Shown: positions 13,743-27,874, numbered from the stretch's first letter. The stretch is 64,000 nucleotides of DNA from Octopus sinensis (GCF_006345805.1 NW_021831990.1:229-64228), one strand, 5' to 3'. Program-made: numbers and translations. The notes: a model not told the origin generated them from the sequence alone.

Positions 13743-14234
13743 AGATACTAATCTTTCTTTTATTTGTTTGATCAAAACCCAAAATACAAAAGGATTAACT
13801 CCTGAAAAGGTTGGCAGTAACTATATAAACATTACACGTGTAATCAGTAATACGGAGTAGGAAGCTCTTTAACACCAAAATACGTCTTCGACTATTTCTC
13901 TAGATGTGTGTATGTATGTATGTATGTGTGCATGTGTGTGTATGTGTCTGTGTGTAGACGTGTGTAGTGACATTAATATAAACTATAACACTAAGATCTA
14001 AAGAATACATTTATAAGTTTTCGTAATTGATTATTTTCTAAAGTTTCAACTTGCAACAGACCTATTGATCAAGCTGAACCTGTAATTTCATTCAGGAAGC
14101 TTCTTCTGTGTATTGTTCAGACAATAGAACACAGAACCAGTTAAATCAACAAAAGATATCAAATGGATGAAGATATGTTTATATTTCTATACTTTTATAT
14201 TTTTATATTCTTTGCTTTCTCTCTCTCTCCTCTC

Positions 14235-14269
<35 letters not shown>

Positions 14270-14724
14270 TTCTCTCTGTGCTTTCTCTTCTGTTGTTTTT
14301 CTCTTATATTTATTAAACATCTTCAAAGACTGTCATTATTCCAAATTGATTTTATAATAAAAATATAGTAATGTTGAAATTCTTCGAAATTTAGTGTTCT
14401 TTTCTTATTACAATAACAGCAACTGCTGCTGTTGGTGCTGTTGCAGTTACTCTTAGAGTTACTGCTGCTGTTTCTGTTGCTGCTTAATGTTGTTGTTTCT
14501 GCAATGCTATTATTATATATATTTTTTTTCCCTTTAATTTTGATATATTTTTCAGCAGTGAATTTAATTACCGTGGGAAGGAAGACATGTTGTGCATCTC
14601 GACCGAAGACAAAAGTATGAATTTTTGTTTTTACATCCATACATCAACATAGATTACTTTCCATTCAACTTTAATTGTTGACCTTTCTCTTTTTGTGGCA
14701 CACTTTTACTAGTCTTATTCCTTT

Positions 14725-14732
14725 CATTATCA

Positions 14733-14774
<42 letters not shown>

Positions 14775-14872
14775 TATTATTATTATTATTATTGTTATCA
14801 TCATCATCATCATCATCATTATTATTATTATTATTATTGTTATTATTATCATTATTATTATTATTATCATCA

Positions 14873-14912
<40 letters not shown>

Positions 14913-14925
14913 CATTATTATTATC

Positions 14926-14990
<65 letters not shown>

Positions 14991-15008
14991 CATCATTATT
15001 ATTATTAG
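14725..15008. repeat. (TTA)n/(TCA)n microsatellite
   Basis: Directly visible. Source of the poly-I/L/Y ORFs. Confidence 0.95.
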
Positions 15009-15605
15009 TATAGTCGTTTCTGTTGTTGCTCTTGTTGTTTCATCTCTACTGGAACTGTAATGATTAAAATATGATAGCTTTTCAGGAAAAATCGATTATT
15101 TACATAAGCATAAAGTCTCCGAGATCTTGAAATAAAGGAAGTGAAATTGCATGATTTTTCAACCGATGTAACGAAATTTAATCGCGGACTCAGCTGAACG
15201 GAAATTACCAAGTTTTTGTACGAAGTTCACGTTAAAACTCTTTCGATGCATGGAAAAGGTTAAAAGGTCTACATTTTGTGGAATGGAATTAAATTCAAAA
15301 TTGTTCGAACTTGAAATAAACGGAATCAAATCATAAAGTTTGTATATAATTTGAACATGTCACAATCCTGAACTAGAACAAACTTTATTTTAAAATAGGT
15401 TTATTTTCTCTAAAATGTTCCACGTACACACTTTCAAACTTAATGAGTACAGCTGACCATACCCAAAAAAGTCTGACATGAAACTTAAGTATGAGTTTGT
15501 AATTGTGCTTACAATAGGCAACACATCCTGCTCTCTTCTAAAATAAAGGTGCGTTGAGAGTTTTATATTTCGTTGAAATAAAACAGAACGTTTGAGCATA
15601 CATTT

Positions 15606-15666
<61 letters not shown>

Positions 15667-15768
15667 CTCTACCTCTCTCCCTCCCTCTTTCTCTCTTTCC
15701 CTTTCTCTTTCTCTGTCTCTCACTCACCGTATATGTGAATGTGTATGGGTATACGTATACATTCATGT

Positions 15769-15826
<58 letters not shown>

Positions 15827-15850
15827 TATATGTATGTATGCGTATGTATG

Positions 15851-15890
<40 letters not shown>

Positions 15891-15953
15891 TATATAATAC
15901 ATACATATATATATATATATATACATACATATATATATATATGTATGTATGCG

Positions 15954-15993
<40 letters not shown>

Positions 15994-15994
<1 letters not shown>

Positions 15995-16176
15995 TGTTGT
16001 GTCTGGGGAGAGTCATTTTTTCTGTGCTTTATAATTTAACACACTCACCGGTAAAATTTCCACTTATTCCTTAGTTTTGAAATAAAAATAAAAGTAAGGA
16101 ATTACTGGAAATTTTATCGGTGAGTGTGTTAAATTATAAGGCACAAAAAGAAAATGACTGTCCCCAGACACAACAG
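15994..16176. mobile_element. Foldback/MITE-like hairpin with long imperfect inverted arms
   Basis: ctgttgtgtctgggga...aaatttcca is mirrored by tggaaattt...tccccagacacaacag. Confidence 0.8.
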
Positions 16177-16269
16177 AATATGCTTCAACACACGTACTCA
16201 AATAAAGAATTTTGCAAACCAAATCCAAAAACGATATATATATATTCTTTTTTTTTTACTCCTTTACTT

Positions 16270-16619
16270 GTTTCAGTGATATGACGAAAGACAAAAAAGT
16301 ACAATCCCTTAAAGTTTGAAATAGGAAGAATTTGGAGTATGAGAACAGTAAAGCTTGTGTCTATAATAATTGGTGCTTTGGGGACAGTTAGAAAAGATGC
16401 AGACAAAGGGCTGAAGGAGATTGGAATAGAATGTTCTGTAGAGATCCTACAGAATATGTGTCTCTTAAGGACAGAAAAGCTTATCAGCAGGATTCTAAGC
16501 ACTTGAAAGACTACTGGAAACTTGTGGATATCTATGGTTATAGGTAGCAGCCCGCTACCTGCATAATTCTGACCAGGAATAAGACCGAACCTGTGCCAAG
16601 CCAAATGATAATAATGATG

Positions 16620-16690
<71 letters not shown>

Positions 16691-16749
16691 TAATAATAAT
16701 AATAATAAAATAATAATAATAATAAAATAATAATAATATAATAATAATA

Positions 16750-16805
<56 letters not shown>
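16270..16805 (+). mobile_element. R4/Dong-type LINE 3' end followed by a long (TAA)n tract
   Basis: Plus frame KKYNPLKFEIGRIW...IIIGALGTV...LQNMCLLRTEKLISRIL*, then a short UTR and (TAA)n ~16606-16805. Confidence 0.8.
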
Positions 16806-16807
<2 letters not shown>

Positions 16808-18160
16808 CATTTAGAAACTTTAATATCTCTAATTTTGTGTGAACATTTTGTCTTTCCTTCTTCCCTGACTAACAGAATATGTAAACATACCCTCTATTGT
16901 AACAACATAATTAAATGCACAAAAAAAAAATAGGAAAGTAAGTACCTGTCAATATAAACATACTGAAAAATTACAAAAACTGTAAACCACAGCAAAACGT
17001 TTAAAAAAGAAAAGAAAAATTCCAAAAGAAAGAGAAAAAGAAATTCAGAAATTCAAAAATCCTACAAGGTGAACATTTCTTGTTCCTACTATTCACAAAG
17101 ATTGGAATATCTACAATTTCCTGTGAATTTTTTAAATCTCCCTCAAAATAAAATAAGTTAGGAAACTTACATACCTACAGCTTTCGAACACACAAACGAT
17201 CAGCTTTAAAAAAAACCTTTAATATTTCCAACTACTGTGTGAATGCCTATCCGTTCCTTTCTACCTGAGTATTCGAAAATGTAAACATCATCCTCCTTTT
17301 TATTCTAAGAACATTACCATTTCAGTCTGTGCGGTCATACAAAAGACCATAATAAGTAAATCTTAAAACTTTACTATCGACAACTTGTTTTCTTTTATTT
17401 TTAATCTCCCTGAGTATTCGAAAATGTAAACATCCCTTTCATTGCAAAAGTCCTACTGTATTCTCCAACTGGACAGACAAACGAACATCTCAAGAAAACT
17501 TTAAACTTTAATATATTACCCAAATACGTAAACACGCCTTTTATTGCAACAACACAATTGAATTCAGAAATTAAAAAATTCAACGACGTGAATATCAGTA
17601 TATATATATATGTGTGTTATTATTGTTTTTTCTACCAGTAATTACAAATAGAGCAGGTTGAATTGCTTCTTTTCAAGGCAGCGCTCTCAGTGGTCACTGG
17701 TAGCAGTAAACATATTTGACCTCTGCTGACCCAAAGGGTACGAAGATTCCTTTGTCTCTATGGCTGACCTCCCCACCATCTGCCGAATCTATGTATAGAC
17801 CTGTAGAATATGATCTATCCACCAACTTGCTACCTAACTATTTCCTCCAACAACTACATATTTGTGATTATCTCAAGTACAAGACAAAAGTTGAAAATAA
17901 AGAACATGTAGTAAAATCTTTTAATAATAACTGGAAATAGTAATAATGATAATAACAATGGTAGTGGTGGTTATGGTGATAATGATAAAAATAAAAATAA
18001 TAATATGCTGCAGCTGCTAATACTAAATACTACTAATACTACAATAATACCACAACTACTACTATTATGATAGCACAGGAATCTGAGGCCCAACTACCAC
18101 CTTTACCACTACCCCACCCCTGCTAGTGTTGCTGTTGCTACAACCACTGCTGCTACTACA

Positions 18161-18189
<29 letters not shown>

Positions 18190-18192
<3 letters not shown>

Positions 18193-18653
18193 GATGGGCT
18201 ACAGCAAATATTCTGCTCAATACCACAGATTTGCTTGTCAGTTGTTTGACCTTAACCAGTTGAGCATGTCCCTTAGTGGCTGACGATATGTGCATCTCTG
18301 ATGACGAGCAGAAGTAGTGGGGGAGCATCATAGCCATGTGTTGAGAGGGATTCTTTGGGGTTTGAATAATTCACCTCTGGAAACATGGGTGGTTCTTTCA
18401 ACATCCTTAAACAACCCTTATTCAGGGACCTTTTGAGCGGGATGGGCTACTCAACCTGAAGAAAATTCTAACTGGGCCTCACCTGCAAGGTCATGTGCTG
18501 TTTATCTTGATATAAGATCACCATGTCGCGCACATATGGTTGTGATGCATGTGCCTGGTCTACCCTTATCAGACGGGTAGTCATGATGGGTATATTGGGC
18601 TTCGTATATTTTACCCCAGTGTCACTTTGATGGCATGAACTGCTCTCTCACTC

Positions 18654-18654
<1 letters not shown>
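18190..18654 (+). mobile_element. TAA-flanked repeat module (probable 3'UTR of an R4/Dong family)
   Basis: Shares sequence with 35880-36170 and 19197-19337. Begins after (TAA)n and ends ctctctcactc(AAT)n. Confidence 0.62.
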
Positions 18655-18697
<43 letters not shown>

Positions 18698-19337
18698 GGA
18701 AACGGGTGGAACTTCCCCATGGGCTGATTAATGATACATCTCGTGATGGTGTTACAATAAAAACACTGGTAATTGCGCAATCTGATAATCGCAAATTCAT
18801 ACGAATGACAATGAATAAACAAAATATTGTGAATAATGGTGATAATGAAACTGAAGACAATGATGGTGACAGTGTTACACCCGGTTGGCTCAGAGATTCT
18901 GGTCCGGCTCCAGCCTGTCGGTATCCAGAAAGGAACCACCACACATGGCGTAGATTGAGTAAGCAAATTAATACTGTGGTCATGTAGTGCTACTACCTGA
19001 GCAGTTCGGTAGATGAAAATGGTGCTCAAATTAGGGGTTACCGACAATGTATGTATGATCATTGGAGAGAAAAGGGATTGTTTCAACTCACGGAACAGAG
19101 ACTATGTGATCAAGCTAGAGCAATAAGAATAAATTGTTGGTTCAAAGAAATAGAGCTCGAAGCTATCAAAACACAAGTCATGGAAAATAGCAGTAGGGAT
19201 CTCCATGTCGCGCACATATGGTTATGATGCATGTACCTGGTTTGCCCTTATCGAGCTGGTAGTCGTGATGGGTATACTGGGCTTCGTATATTTTACCTTA
19301 ATGTCACGTTGATGGCATGCACTGCTCTCTCTCACTC
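18698..19337 (+). mobile_element. R4/Dong-type 5' end fused to a TAA-associated 3' module (internally deleted copy)
   Basis: Frame INTVVM*CYY...GYRQCMYDHW...LTEQRLCDQARAI...WFKEIELEAI resembles the R4-clade N-terminus. It joins at ~19197 to the ccatgtcgcgcacatatgg...ctctctcactc module. (TAA)n on both sides. Confidence 0.68.
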
Positions 19338-19405
<68 letters not shown>

Positions 19406-19815
19406 GGCGCAGGAGTGGCTGTGTGGTAAGTAGCTTGCTAACCAACCACATGGTTCCAGGTTCAGTCCCACTGCGTGGCATCTTGGGCAAGTGTCTTCTG
19501 CTATAGCCCCGGGCCGACCAATGCCTTGTGAGTGGATTTGGTAGACGGAAACCGAAAAAAGCCTGTCGTATATATGTATATATATGTATAAGTTTGTGTG
19601 TATATGTTTGTGTGTCTGTGTTTGTCCCCCTAGCATTGCTTGACAACCGATGGTGGTGTGTTTACGTCCCCGTCACTTAGCGGTTCGGCAAAAGAAACCG
19701 ATAGAATAAGTACTGGGCTTATAAAGAATAAGTCCCGGGGTTGATTTGCTCGACTAAAGGCGGTGCTCCAGCATGGCCGCAGTCAAATTACTGAAACAAG
19801 TAAAAGAGTAAAGAG
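19406..19815 (+). mobile_element. SINE family B
   Basis: Full-length match to the family. Confidence 0.88.
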
Positions 19816-19849
19816 TAATAATAATAACAATAACAACAAAGAGAGCGAA

Positions 19850-20510
19850 TAATGCCGATGTTGACGAAGCTCTTACCCATCAATGACAAATGGATTCTGG
19901 CTTAAAATCAGAAACAGAAGGTTTATCGCAGAGGCCCAAGATCAATGCCTACCTACAAGGAACTACGAGGCCAACATATTAAAGAACAGCAGCTTCCCAA
20001 CATGTCCTGTATATCAACAAAAAATTAAACCATTGATCATGTTGTCTCCATGTGCAGTCTTCTAGCGCCTACAGAATATCTCAACAAGCATGATAGAGCT
20101 GCACAGTATATTCACGGGGTTATATACAAAAACCTGGATTTGCCCCATCATAAAAACTGGTGGGAACACAAACCACCTCCAGGGCTTGAAAATGGTCACA
20201 TCTCACCCCTCTGGAACTTCACTATTCAAACTGACAGAAAGATAGATGCAAATAGGCCAGACATTACATTGAAAGACTTCAGACAAAACTAATGCCTCTT
20301 CGTTGATATGACTGTCCCAATCGATATAAACGTATCTGTCAAGACCTACCAAAAACTGAGTAAGTATAAAGCTCTTGAAATAGAAATTGGCAAAATGCGG
20401 AACCTCAAGACTAAAACAATACCTGTTGTCATAGGTGCCCTAGGAATGATAGCAAAACGGGCGGAAGTTGAACTCACAAAACACAGAAGGACAAAATAGC
20501 CCTGTGCCCA
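19850..20510 (+). mobile_element. R4/Dong-type LINE C-terminus (CCHC + restriction-like endonuclease)
   Basis: EAQDQCLPTRNY, KHDRAAQYIH, LWNFTIQTDRKIDANRPDI, DMTVP...KLSKYKALEIEI, TIPVVIGALG. Flanked by (TAA/CAA)n and (GAT)n. Confidence 0.85.
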
Positions 20511-20938
20511 ATAATGATGATGATGATGATGATGATGATGCGATTAGGTCATAAGCAAACTGTAGAGGAAATGTGAAAACAGTAAAGGATGTAAATAAAT
20601 TTCGATAAATAAAAAGAATTAAGAAGCTACAATAAGGCTTTTGGTTGCTGGCTGAAGATGATTTATTGGAAGAAAATCAGATAAAAATACTAAAATTATA
20701 GGAATCAGTTAGTTGCTGTATAAACTTTATTAAATCATTTAAATTATTAAATATAAACTGAAACTTACGTCTTCAAACGGTGCGTATTATAGCATACGTA
20801 CAGGCATGCTTGCATACATATATACACTATATATTTTAATATACATATATACATAAAATGTAAATATATTTCTATTTAGATAGAGAGAGAGAGACAGACA
20901 AACAGACAGAAGACAGTCAGACAGATAGATATCGTACT

Positions 20939-21016
<78 letters not shown>

Positions 21017-21223
21017 CACATAGGTAGCTAGATACACACACGTATATTTAAATATAGGTACATACATATACCAATGTATGGATGTATGGATATGTTTGTG
21101 TATAAACATTTATACGCATATATATACACACATATATATATAGATACATATACATATAGAGAGAGAGAGACGGACAGACAGACATGTATATAGATATATA
21201 TATGTACATATATATATTATATG

Positions 21224-21257
<34 letters not shown>

Positions 21258-21488
21258 ATATATATACACATATATGTATATGTATGCATGTATGTATGTA
21301 CTTCTGTATATATAAATATATGTATATATATATATACATATATATGTAAATATATATATACTTATATTTATATATACATATACATATGTATATATATACA
21401 TACATACATACATACATTAATTTATATATTCATCAATATATATGCTTGCAGTTATGTATAGATATATAGATAGCTATACATGTGTGTG

Positions 21489-21552
<64 letters not shown>

Positions 21553-22284
21553 CATATAACATATATATATATATACATATATATGTATATATATATATAT
21601 ACACACATTATATAAGCTTTCATCTTTTATAGCTGCTCTTTACATTAAGTTTCATTTATATATTTCTCAGTTGATTTGTTTTAAATTTAATTATTTGGTT
21701 TTCGTTTCTTTGAAAGTGAATTCAATTTTGAGTTTTTCATTAAGGTAAATATTTTATATACCAGTACATGCATACCTTACTCTGTTTGATATCAACGTCC
21801 ATGTACGCCGTTGTGTTTCTGCATGTGTTTGTGCATAAACTTATGCATATGTAAGCGTGTTTTTCTATCTGGAATATTCTGCTATAAAGATATAAGATTG
21901 TTTGTGTGTGTACGTCTACATGTGTGCTTACACGCATGCGCATGTTTCTATATGCGCATGTTTATTTGTGCGCAGGTTTATGTAGGTCTGTTAGTGTTTA
22001 TGTAAGTATATGGAAGTGTGTTTGTGTGTACGCACGATTTGATGTATGTGTATTTATGTGTGTTTGTGTTTGCATGTTTGTGTAGATGCATGTGTGCATT
22101 TATGTTTGCATTTAAGTATGCAGGTATTACGTAGGAATATATATATATGCAGACATGTATGGAGTTGCATATGTATGCATATGCAATAAAATATGTATGT
22201 GGGCGTGTGTATGCATGGACGTATCTCTATCAATATACAAAAATGTACGCATCTCTATACGCACGAGTGTATGTATGTATGTAC

Positions 22285-23070
22285 AAGCTCAATATACGCA
22301 TTGGCAAGGCAGCTGCTGTGATGGCCCAACTCTCCAAACGAGCATGGGACAATAAGCTGACCAAGACCACAAAAAGGAAGATCTACCAGGCATGTGTACT
22401 TAGCACTCTACTGTATGGAAGTGAGACTTGGACGTTATAGACACGCCAAGGGCGTCGCCTAAATATCTTTCACCTCCGCTGCCTCCGGAAAATCCTTCGC
22501 ATCAAATGGCAGAATCATGTCCCCAACAAAGATGTCCTCAAGCAAGCAGGAATACCAAGCATGTTTGCACTCCTCACACAAAGACGTATGAGATGGCTTG
22601 GACATGTTAGCCGTATGGAAGATGGCAGAATCCCCGAGGACATACTCTATGGAGAGCTTGCTAGGGGCAACGGTCTGTGGGAAGACCGTTCTTACGATAC
22701 AAGGATGTTTGCTAAAGGGACATGAAGGCCTGCAACATCAATATTAGCAACTGGGAAGCAGTTGCCAGCAACCGTGGAGAATGGCGACGTACCGTAAAAG
22801 AGGGAACACAAAGGAGTGACAGAGAGAGAGAGGGGAGAAATGGAAAGACAAGAAAAGACGTCAACAAGAAAGTATGACATTACAACTAGCCAGGCAAAGT
22901 CTTCGCTACAATTGCGGCACCTACCAGAGGGAGTGTTTGTCCAGGATAGGACTACACAGCCACAGCAGGAGATGTATCAGGACATGAAGTGTAAAAGCCG
23001 GACTAGATTATTTTTATACGCAACTCCATTGTCTCCCGAGACAAAAAGGATGCCAACCAACAACAATGTG
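22285..23070 (+). mobile_element. RTE-clade LINE 3' fragment
   Basis: RIGKAAAVMAQL...IYQACVLSTLLYGSETWTL, RRMRWLGHVSRMEDGRIP, and a C-terminal SRIGLHSHSRRC. Confidence 0.88.
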
Positions 23071-23429
23071 TATATGGACGCACGTATGCATGAATGCATT
23101 TTTGATGTATGGTTGTGCGAACGTTTATATGCATGTATGTATGGCATGCACATATCTATGTATAGATCCACATATCTATGTATGGCATGCAAATATCTGT
23201 GTATGGCATGCACATATCTTTGTATACATACATATTACTATGTATAGCGGGCACGCCCGTATTTACGCACCTACATATGTATGCATGTATGCATGAATGC
23301 ATATATGAATGTACGCATGTATGCATGCACATATGTATGTATGCATCTATATATGCATCCGGATATTGGGCCCTGGTACGAGAGTTCCAGGGTCTTGGGA
23401 CTATGGACAATATTAGTCAATATTCGTTT

Positions 23430-23820
23430 CTACTCTAGACACGAGGCCCTGAATTTTGAGGGAGGGGGAGCTAGTTGATTAGATCGACCACAGTACACAA
23501 CTGGTACTTAATTTATCGAGACCGAAAGAATGAAAGGCAAAGTTGACCTCGGCAGAATTTGAATTCAGAACGTGGCGGCAGACGAAATACCTATTTATTT
23601 ATTGCCCACAAGGGGCTAAACACAGAGAGGACAAACAAGGACAGACAAACGGGTTAAGTCGATTATATCGACCCCAGTGCGTAACTGGTAGTTAATTTAT
23701 CGACTCCGAAAGGATGAAAGACAAAGTCGACCTCGGCGGAATTTGAACTCAGAACGTAACGGCAGACGAAATACCGCTAAGCATTTCGCCCAGCGTTCTA
23801 ACGTTTCTGCCAGTTCGCCA
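23430..23820 (-). mobile_element. SINE family A dimer (tail-A unit inside a tail-B host)
   Basis: Junction gaaatacc|tattt at 23591/23592. Confidence 0.88.
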
Positions 23821-24419
23821 TTGTTTCGAAATCTACTCTGACCCGGATTAACAGCACCTATTAGGGTCCCAGCTATGGATCTGTGGGTTAATTACGACCA
23901 CTGAGGTAAAGAACCTCTTCTTCTTGTTAGAATTTCCTTCAAGGAGACAGTAAACTTATAAAGAACCTGAAGTGCAGTTGGGTTTCTTGTTGTTTCACAC
24001 TCTGTTGTGCCTCTGGATTCATAGCGGATTGCATCGAAAAGTTGATTCATTGCTGTGCAACACCTCATCCACTCAGAACAATTTCATGCACAGGAACTTC
24101 TCGGTCTCTTGCATTATTTACTAGGACTTACTGTGTTTAGGATGTGGTCTTATTCGGTAACGAGTTGACCTCCGTTATATTTGTATGTATGCATGTATGT
24201 ACGTACGCATGTGTGTACGTATGTAGAAGAAATAATTGACTGGATCACTTTCAGCGATAAATATTCCAGATGATAAATTAACTGAGCTCTTTACACATGG
24301 ACTGATAATATGAGTAACTGAGTATTCCGTATACAATCGTAACTTTAATATAATCCTTAAACAGAATCAGCGCAGCAGTGTAAATAAGATGGCCGCCTCC
24401 ATTACAAGTACAAACCATT

Positions 24420-25292
24420 ATCTTTTACTTGTTTCAATCATTAGACTGCGGCCATGCTGGGGCACCGCCTTGAATTTTTAGTCGAATGAATCGACCGCGG
24501 TACTTCTGTTTTTGTTTTTGTTTTTTGCTTTTTTTTTTTTTTTTTTAACTTGGTACTTATTGTATAAGTCTATTTTGCAGAACTGCTACGTTACGGGGAC
24601 GTAAACACACTAACACTGGTTGTCAAGCACTGTGGGGAAACAAACACAGACAGGACGACGCATGCACACACACATAGATATACAATACATATATTTATAC
24701 GTTTCCGTCTATCAAATCCACTCCCAAGGCTTTGGTTGGTCCTAGGCTATTGTAGAACATACTTACCAAAGATGCCACCCAGTGGGACTGAACCCGGAAC
24801 AATCTGGCTGCAAAGCAATCTTCTTACCACAGAGCCACGCCTGCGTCTGATGAGCTTTCACGCAGGTGTGTTTGGCTCCATTTACTCGCAAGGTTTTGTT
24901 CTATTAAAATAATTCCACATTGGCTGTGTGGTAAGAGGTAAGAAGCTTGATTTCCAACCACATGGTTCCGGGTTCAGTCCCACTACGTGGCAACTTGAGC
25001 AAGTGTTTTTTACTATAGCCTCGAGCCGACTTAAGTCCTGTGAGTGGATTTGATAGACGGAAACTGAAAGAAGCCCATCGTATATTTATATGTGTTGTGT
25101 GTGTGTGTAAATATATATTTGCGTATCTGTGTTTGTCCCCCAACCATCGCTTGACAATTGATGTTGGTGTGTTTACGTCCCCGTAACTTAGCGGCTTGGC
25201 AAAAGAGATCAATAGAATAAGTACTAGGCTTACAAGAAATAAGTCCTGGAGTCGATTTGTTCAACTAAAGGCGGTGATCCAACATGGCCGCA
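24420..25292. mobile_element. Two head-to-head SINE family B copies (24420-24845 minus, 24920-25292 plus)
   Basis: Both match the family consensus in opposite orientations. Confidence 0.82.
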
Positions 25293-25304
25293 ATCACAAC
25301 GGTT

Positions 25305-25800
25305 AGATGGTAATCGATGACGGTTGCTATGTACGCGTTCGCCACCTCCGCCCGACCTTTTAGGGATAGCTTCTACTTGGCCACCCTACTCGTTAACTCG
25401 TGCCAGTTCTTCTCCATTTGGAAGTCCGGACCGAACCAGACCCCGAGCAATTTAACCGGTCCGTCGGTTCAGCGTCCCACGATGGAGACGCTGTTGGACG
25501 GCATGGGCTTGCTTCTCTAGGTGCCGAGTGGCAAGCCCACTGACTTTTCTCGGTTAATTTTCGCTCCTGTTACCGCTTCGTATTATTTTAGCGTCTCACC
25601 GACCATGTAGATGTGCCTGTGGGACAACACTATCACGGTGACGTCGTCAGCCCATGCAGACACGCTCCCCCCGCATCCGTTCTCACGGGATGCTTCTCAG
25701 CGTCACAAGCTTCCGCAGTAGTGGCTCTAGAGTCAATACATACAGAAGCGACGAGAGGGGAGCATTCTTGGCGGACTGAACGCATTATGTTTTATGGTCT
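25305..25800 (-). mobile_element. Internal RT fragment of the same Tx1-type LINE family
   Basis: Homologous to 39350-39850 (ccacctccgcccgaccttttaggga; gtccggaccgaaccagaccccgagcaa; gacgtcgtcagcccatgcagacacg). Its 5' side abuts (GATA)n at 25810-25866. Confidence 0.88.
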
Positions 25801-25808
25801 GTACATAC

Positions 25809-25867
<59 letters not shown>

Positions 25868-26133
25868 CTTCGACTTTTTAAAATCAAATTTGAAACACCA
25901 TAAATTATGCTACAAATATCTTGAATCGCAGCAGGTAGGGAAACATGGAGAATTACGATTTGGTGCGCTGTTAATATTTTTTACTTGACAGAGCTAAACA
26001 CATTGAATTGCAATGACAACTTCGTAAAAATGAGATTAATATCAATAGATTTGCAAGAGCTTCTCATTCCTTCTTTAAATGTTCTTTACGCACAAAAGTA
26101 TGCGTGTTTCATGCTGGTATAAGATCGCACCAA

Positions 26134-26528
26134 GGCGGCGAGCTGGCAGAAACGCTAGCACGCCGGGCGAAATGTCGCTACGTTCTGAGTTCAAATTCCG
26201 CCGAGGTCGACTTTGCCTTTCATCTTTTCGGGGTCGATTAAATAAGTACCAGTTACGCACTGGGGTCGATATAATCGACGTAATCTTTTTGTCTGTCCTT
26301 GTTTGTCTCCTCTGTGTTTAGCCCCTTGTGGGTAGTAAAGAAATGGGTATTTCGTCTGCAGCTACGTTCTGAGTTCAAATTCCGCCGAGGTCGACTTTGC
26401 CTTTCATCCTTTCGGGGTCGATTAAATAAGTGCCAGTACGCGTTGGGGTCGATATATTCGACTTAATCCGTCTGTCTGTCCTTGTTTGTCTCCTCTGTGT
26501 TTAAACCCTTGTGGGTAGTAAAGAAATA
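26134..26528 (+). mobile_element. SINE family A dimer with 17-bp TSD
   Basis: TSD ggtataagatcgcacca at 26116-26132 and 26529-26545. Internal junction aaagaaatg|ggtatttcg at 26346. Confidence 0.92.
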
Positions 26529-27191
26529 GGTATAAGATCGCACCATCGTTGTGAACTATTAGACTTTGATTCTGGGAAACCAGTTCCAATGAAACGCGTC
26601 TAAAGGATCCGGCAAATAACGCGGAGGATTGAAGCAATACTTGGATAGTTATAATAAACAAGCAGAAAATGGAGTCAACGGTACAATGAGATTGGTGCTG
26701 TATCTGTGACGAGCTCTTCAAACGCCTTTCAGGGCTCAAAAGTTATTGAAGATCTCACGCTGGGAAAGAGCAATTGCAGGTAAAAGAAGAGGTTAAGCTC
26801 GGCAAGAAGCAGACAGTGACAATGTGTTGTATGTATGTATGTGTGTGTGTCTGTGAGTGTGCATGTGTAACATGTGTGTAAGTATTTAGGGACTTGTGGT
26901 ATGTCTATGCGCTTGTGTATATTTAACTGCGTATTTGTACGCATATATAGGTAAATATATTACAAAATTAGTCTCGGCCAGAAATTTTAATTTGCACCTC
27001 ATGGTTTATTTAACGGTTGAATGAGCCGTCAGTCGAAACTTAAAGACTTTTTAAAAGAAAATTATAATAAGATCTATAATAAATATTGAATCTTCTCATC
27101 AGTAGGCGTTCTGCTATTCACAGAATTGCTTTCAAATAACTTTAAATAAACATTTACATAAGTAAATATGCGCGTGCGTGACTCTGTGTGC

Positions 27192-27232
<41 letters not shown>

Positions 27233-27494
27233 AGGTACACATCTGGATTGCAAAGCCACTCGATTTAACTGAAGCTATGTATAGAAATAAACTGACATAT
27301 GTACACACGGCTATATTTGTTTCAATAATACTATTTATTTATCTTATCACTCAGCTGTTTAGTACACATGTATTATTTGTTTTACATTTACGCTTGTACA
27401 CGTATATATATGTGTGTGCGTGTGTGTGTGTGTGTATATACGGAGAGAGGAAAAGAGAGAAGGAGATACATATATACATATAAATATATTCTTC

Positions 27495-27874
27495 TACTCT
27501 TTTACTATTTTCCTTGTTTCAGTCATTTGACTGCGACACCGCCTTCAGTCGAACAAATTGACCCCAGGACTTATTCTTTGCTTAGTACTTATTCTATCGG
27601 TCTCTTTTTTGCCGAACCGTTAAGTTACGGGGACGTAAACACACCAACATCGGTTGTCAAGCGTTGGTGGACGGACAAACACACAAACACACACAAATAT
27701 TTATATATATATGACGGGCTTCTTTCATTTTCCTTCAACCAAATCCACTCACAAGTATTTGGTCGGCCCGAGGCTATAGCAGAAGACGCTTGACCAAGGT
27801 GCCATGCAGTGGGACTGAACCCAGAACTATATGGTTGGGAAGCAAACTTCTTACCACACAGCCACGCCTGCGCC
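27495..27874 (-). mobile_element. SINE family B
   Basis: Matches the family consensus. Confidence 0.85.

Noticed and set aside
17266-17435. 26-bp direct repeat cctgagtattcgaaaatgtaaacatc
   Set aside because: Two copies only, with no element features between them. Probably a local duplication.
26560-26610. Hammerhead at gaaacgcgtctaaag
   Set aside because: The stem III/GUC half is present but the CUGANGA core is not recognisable.
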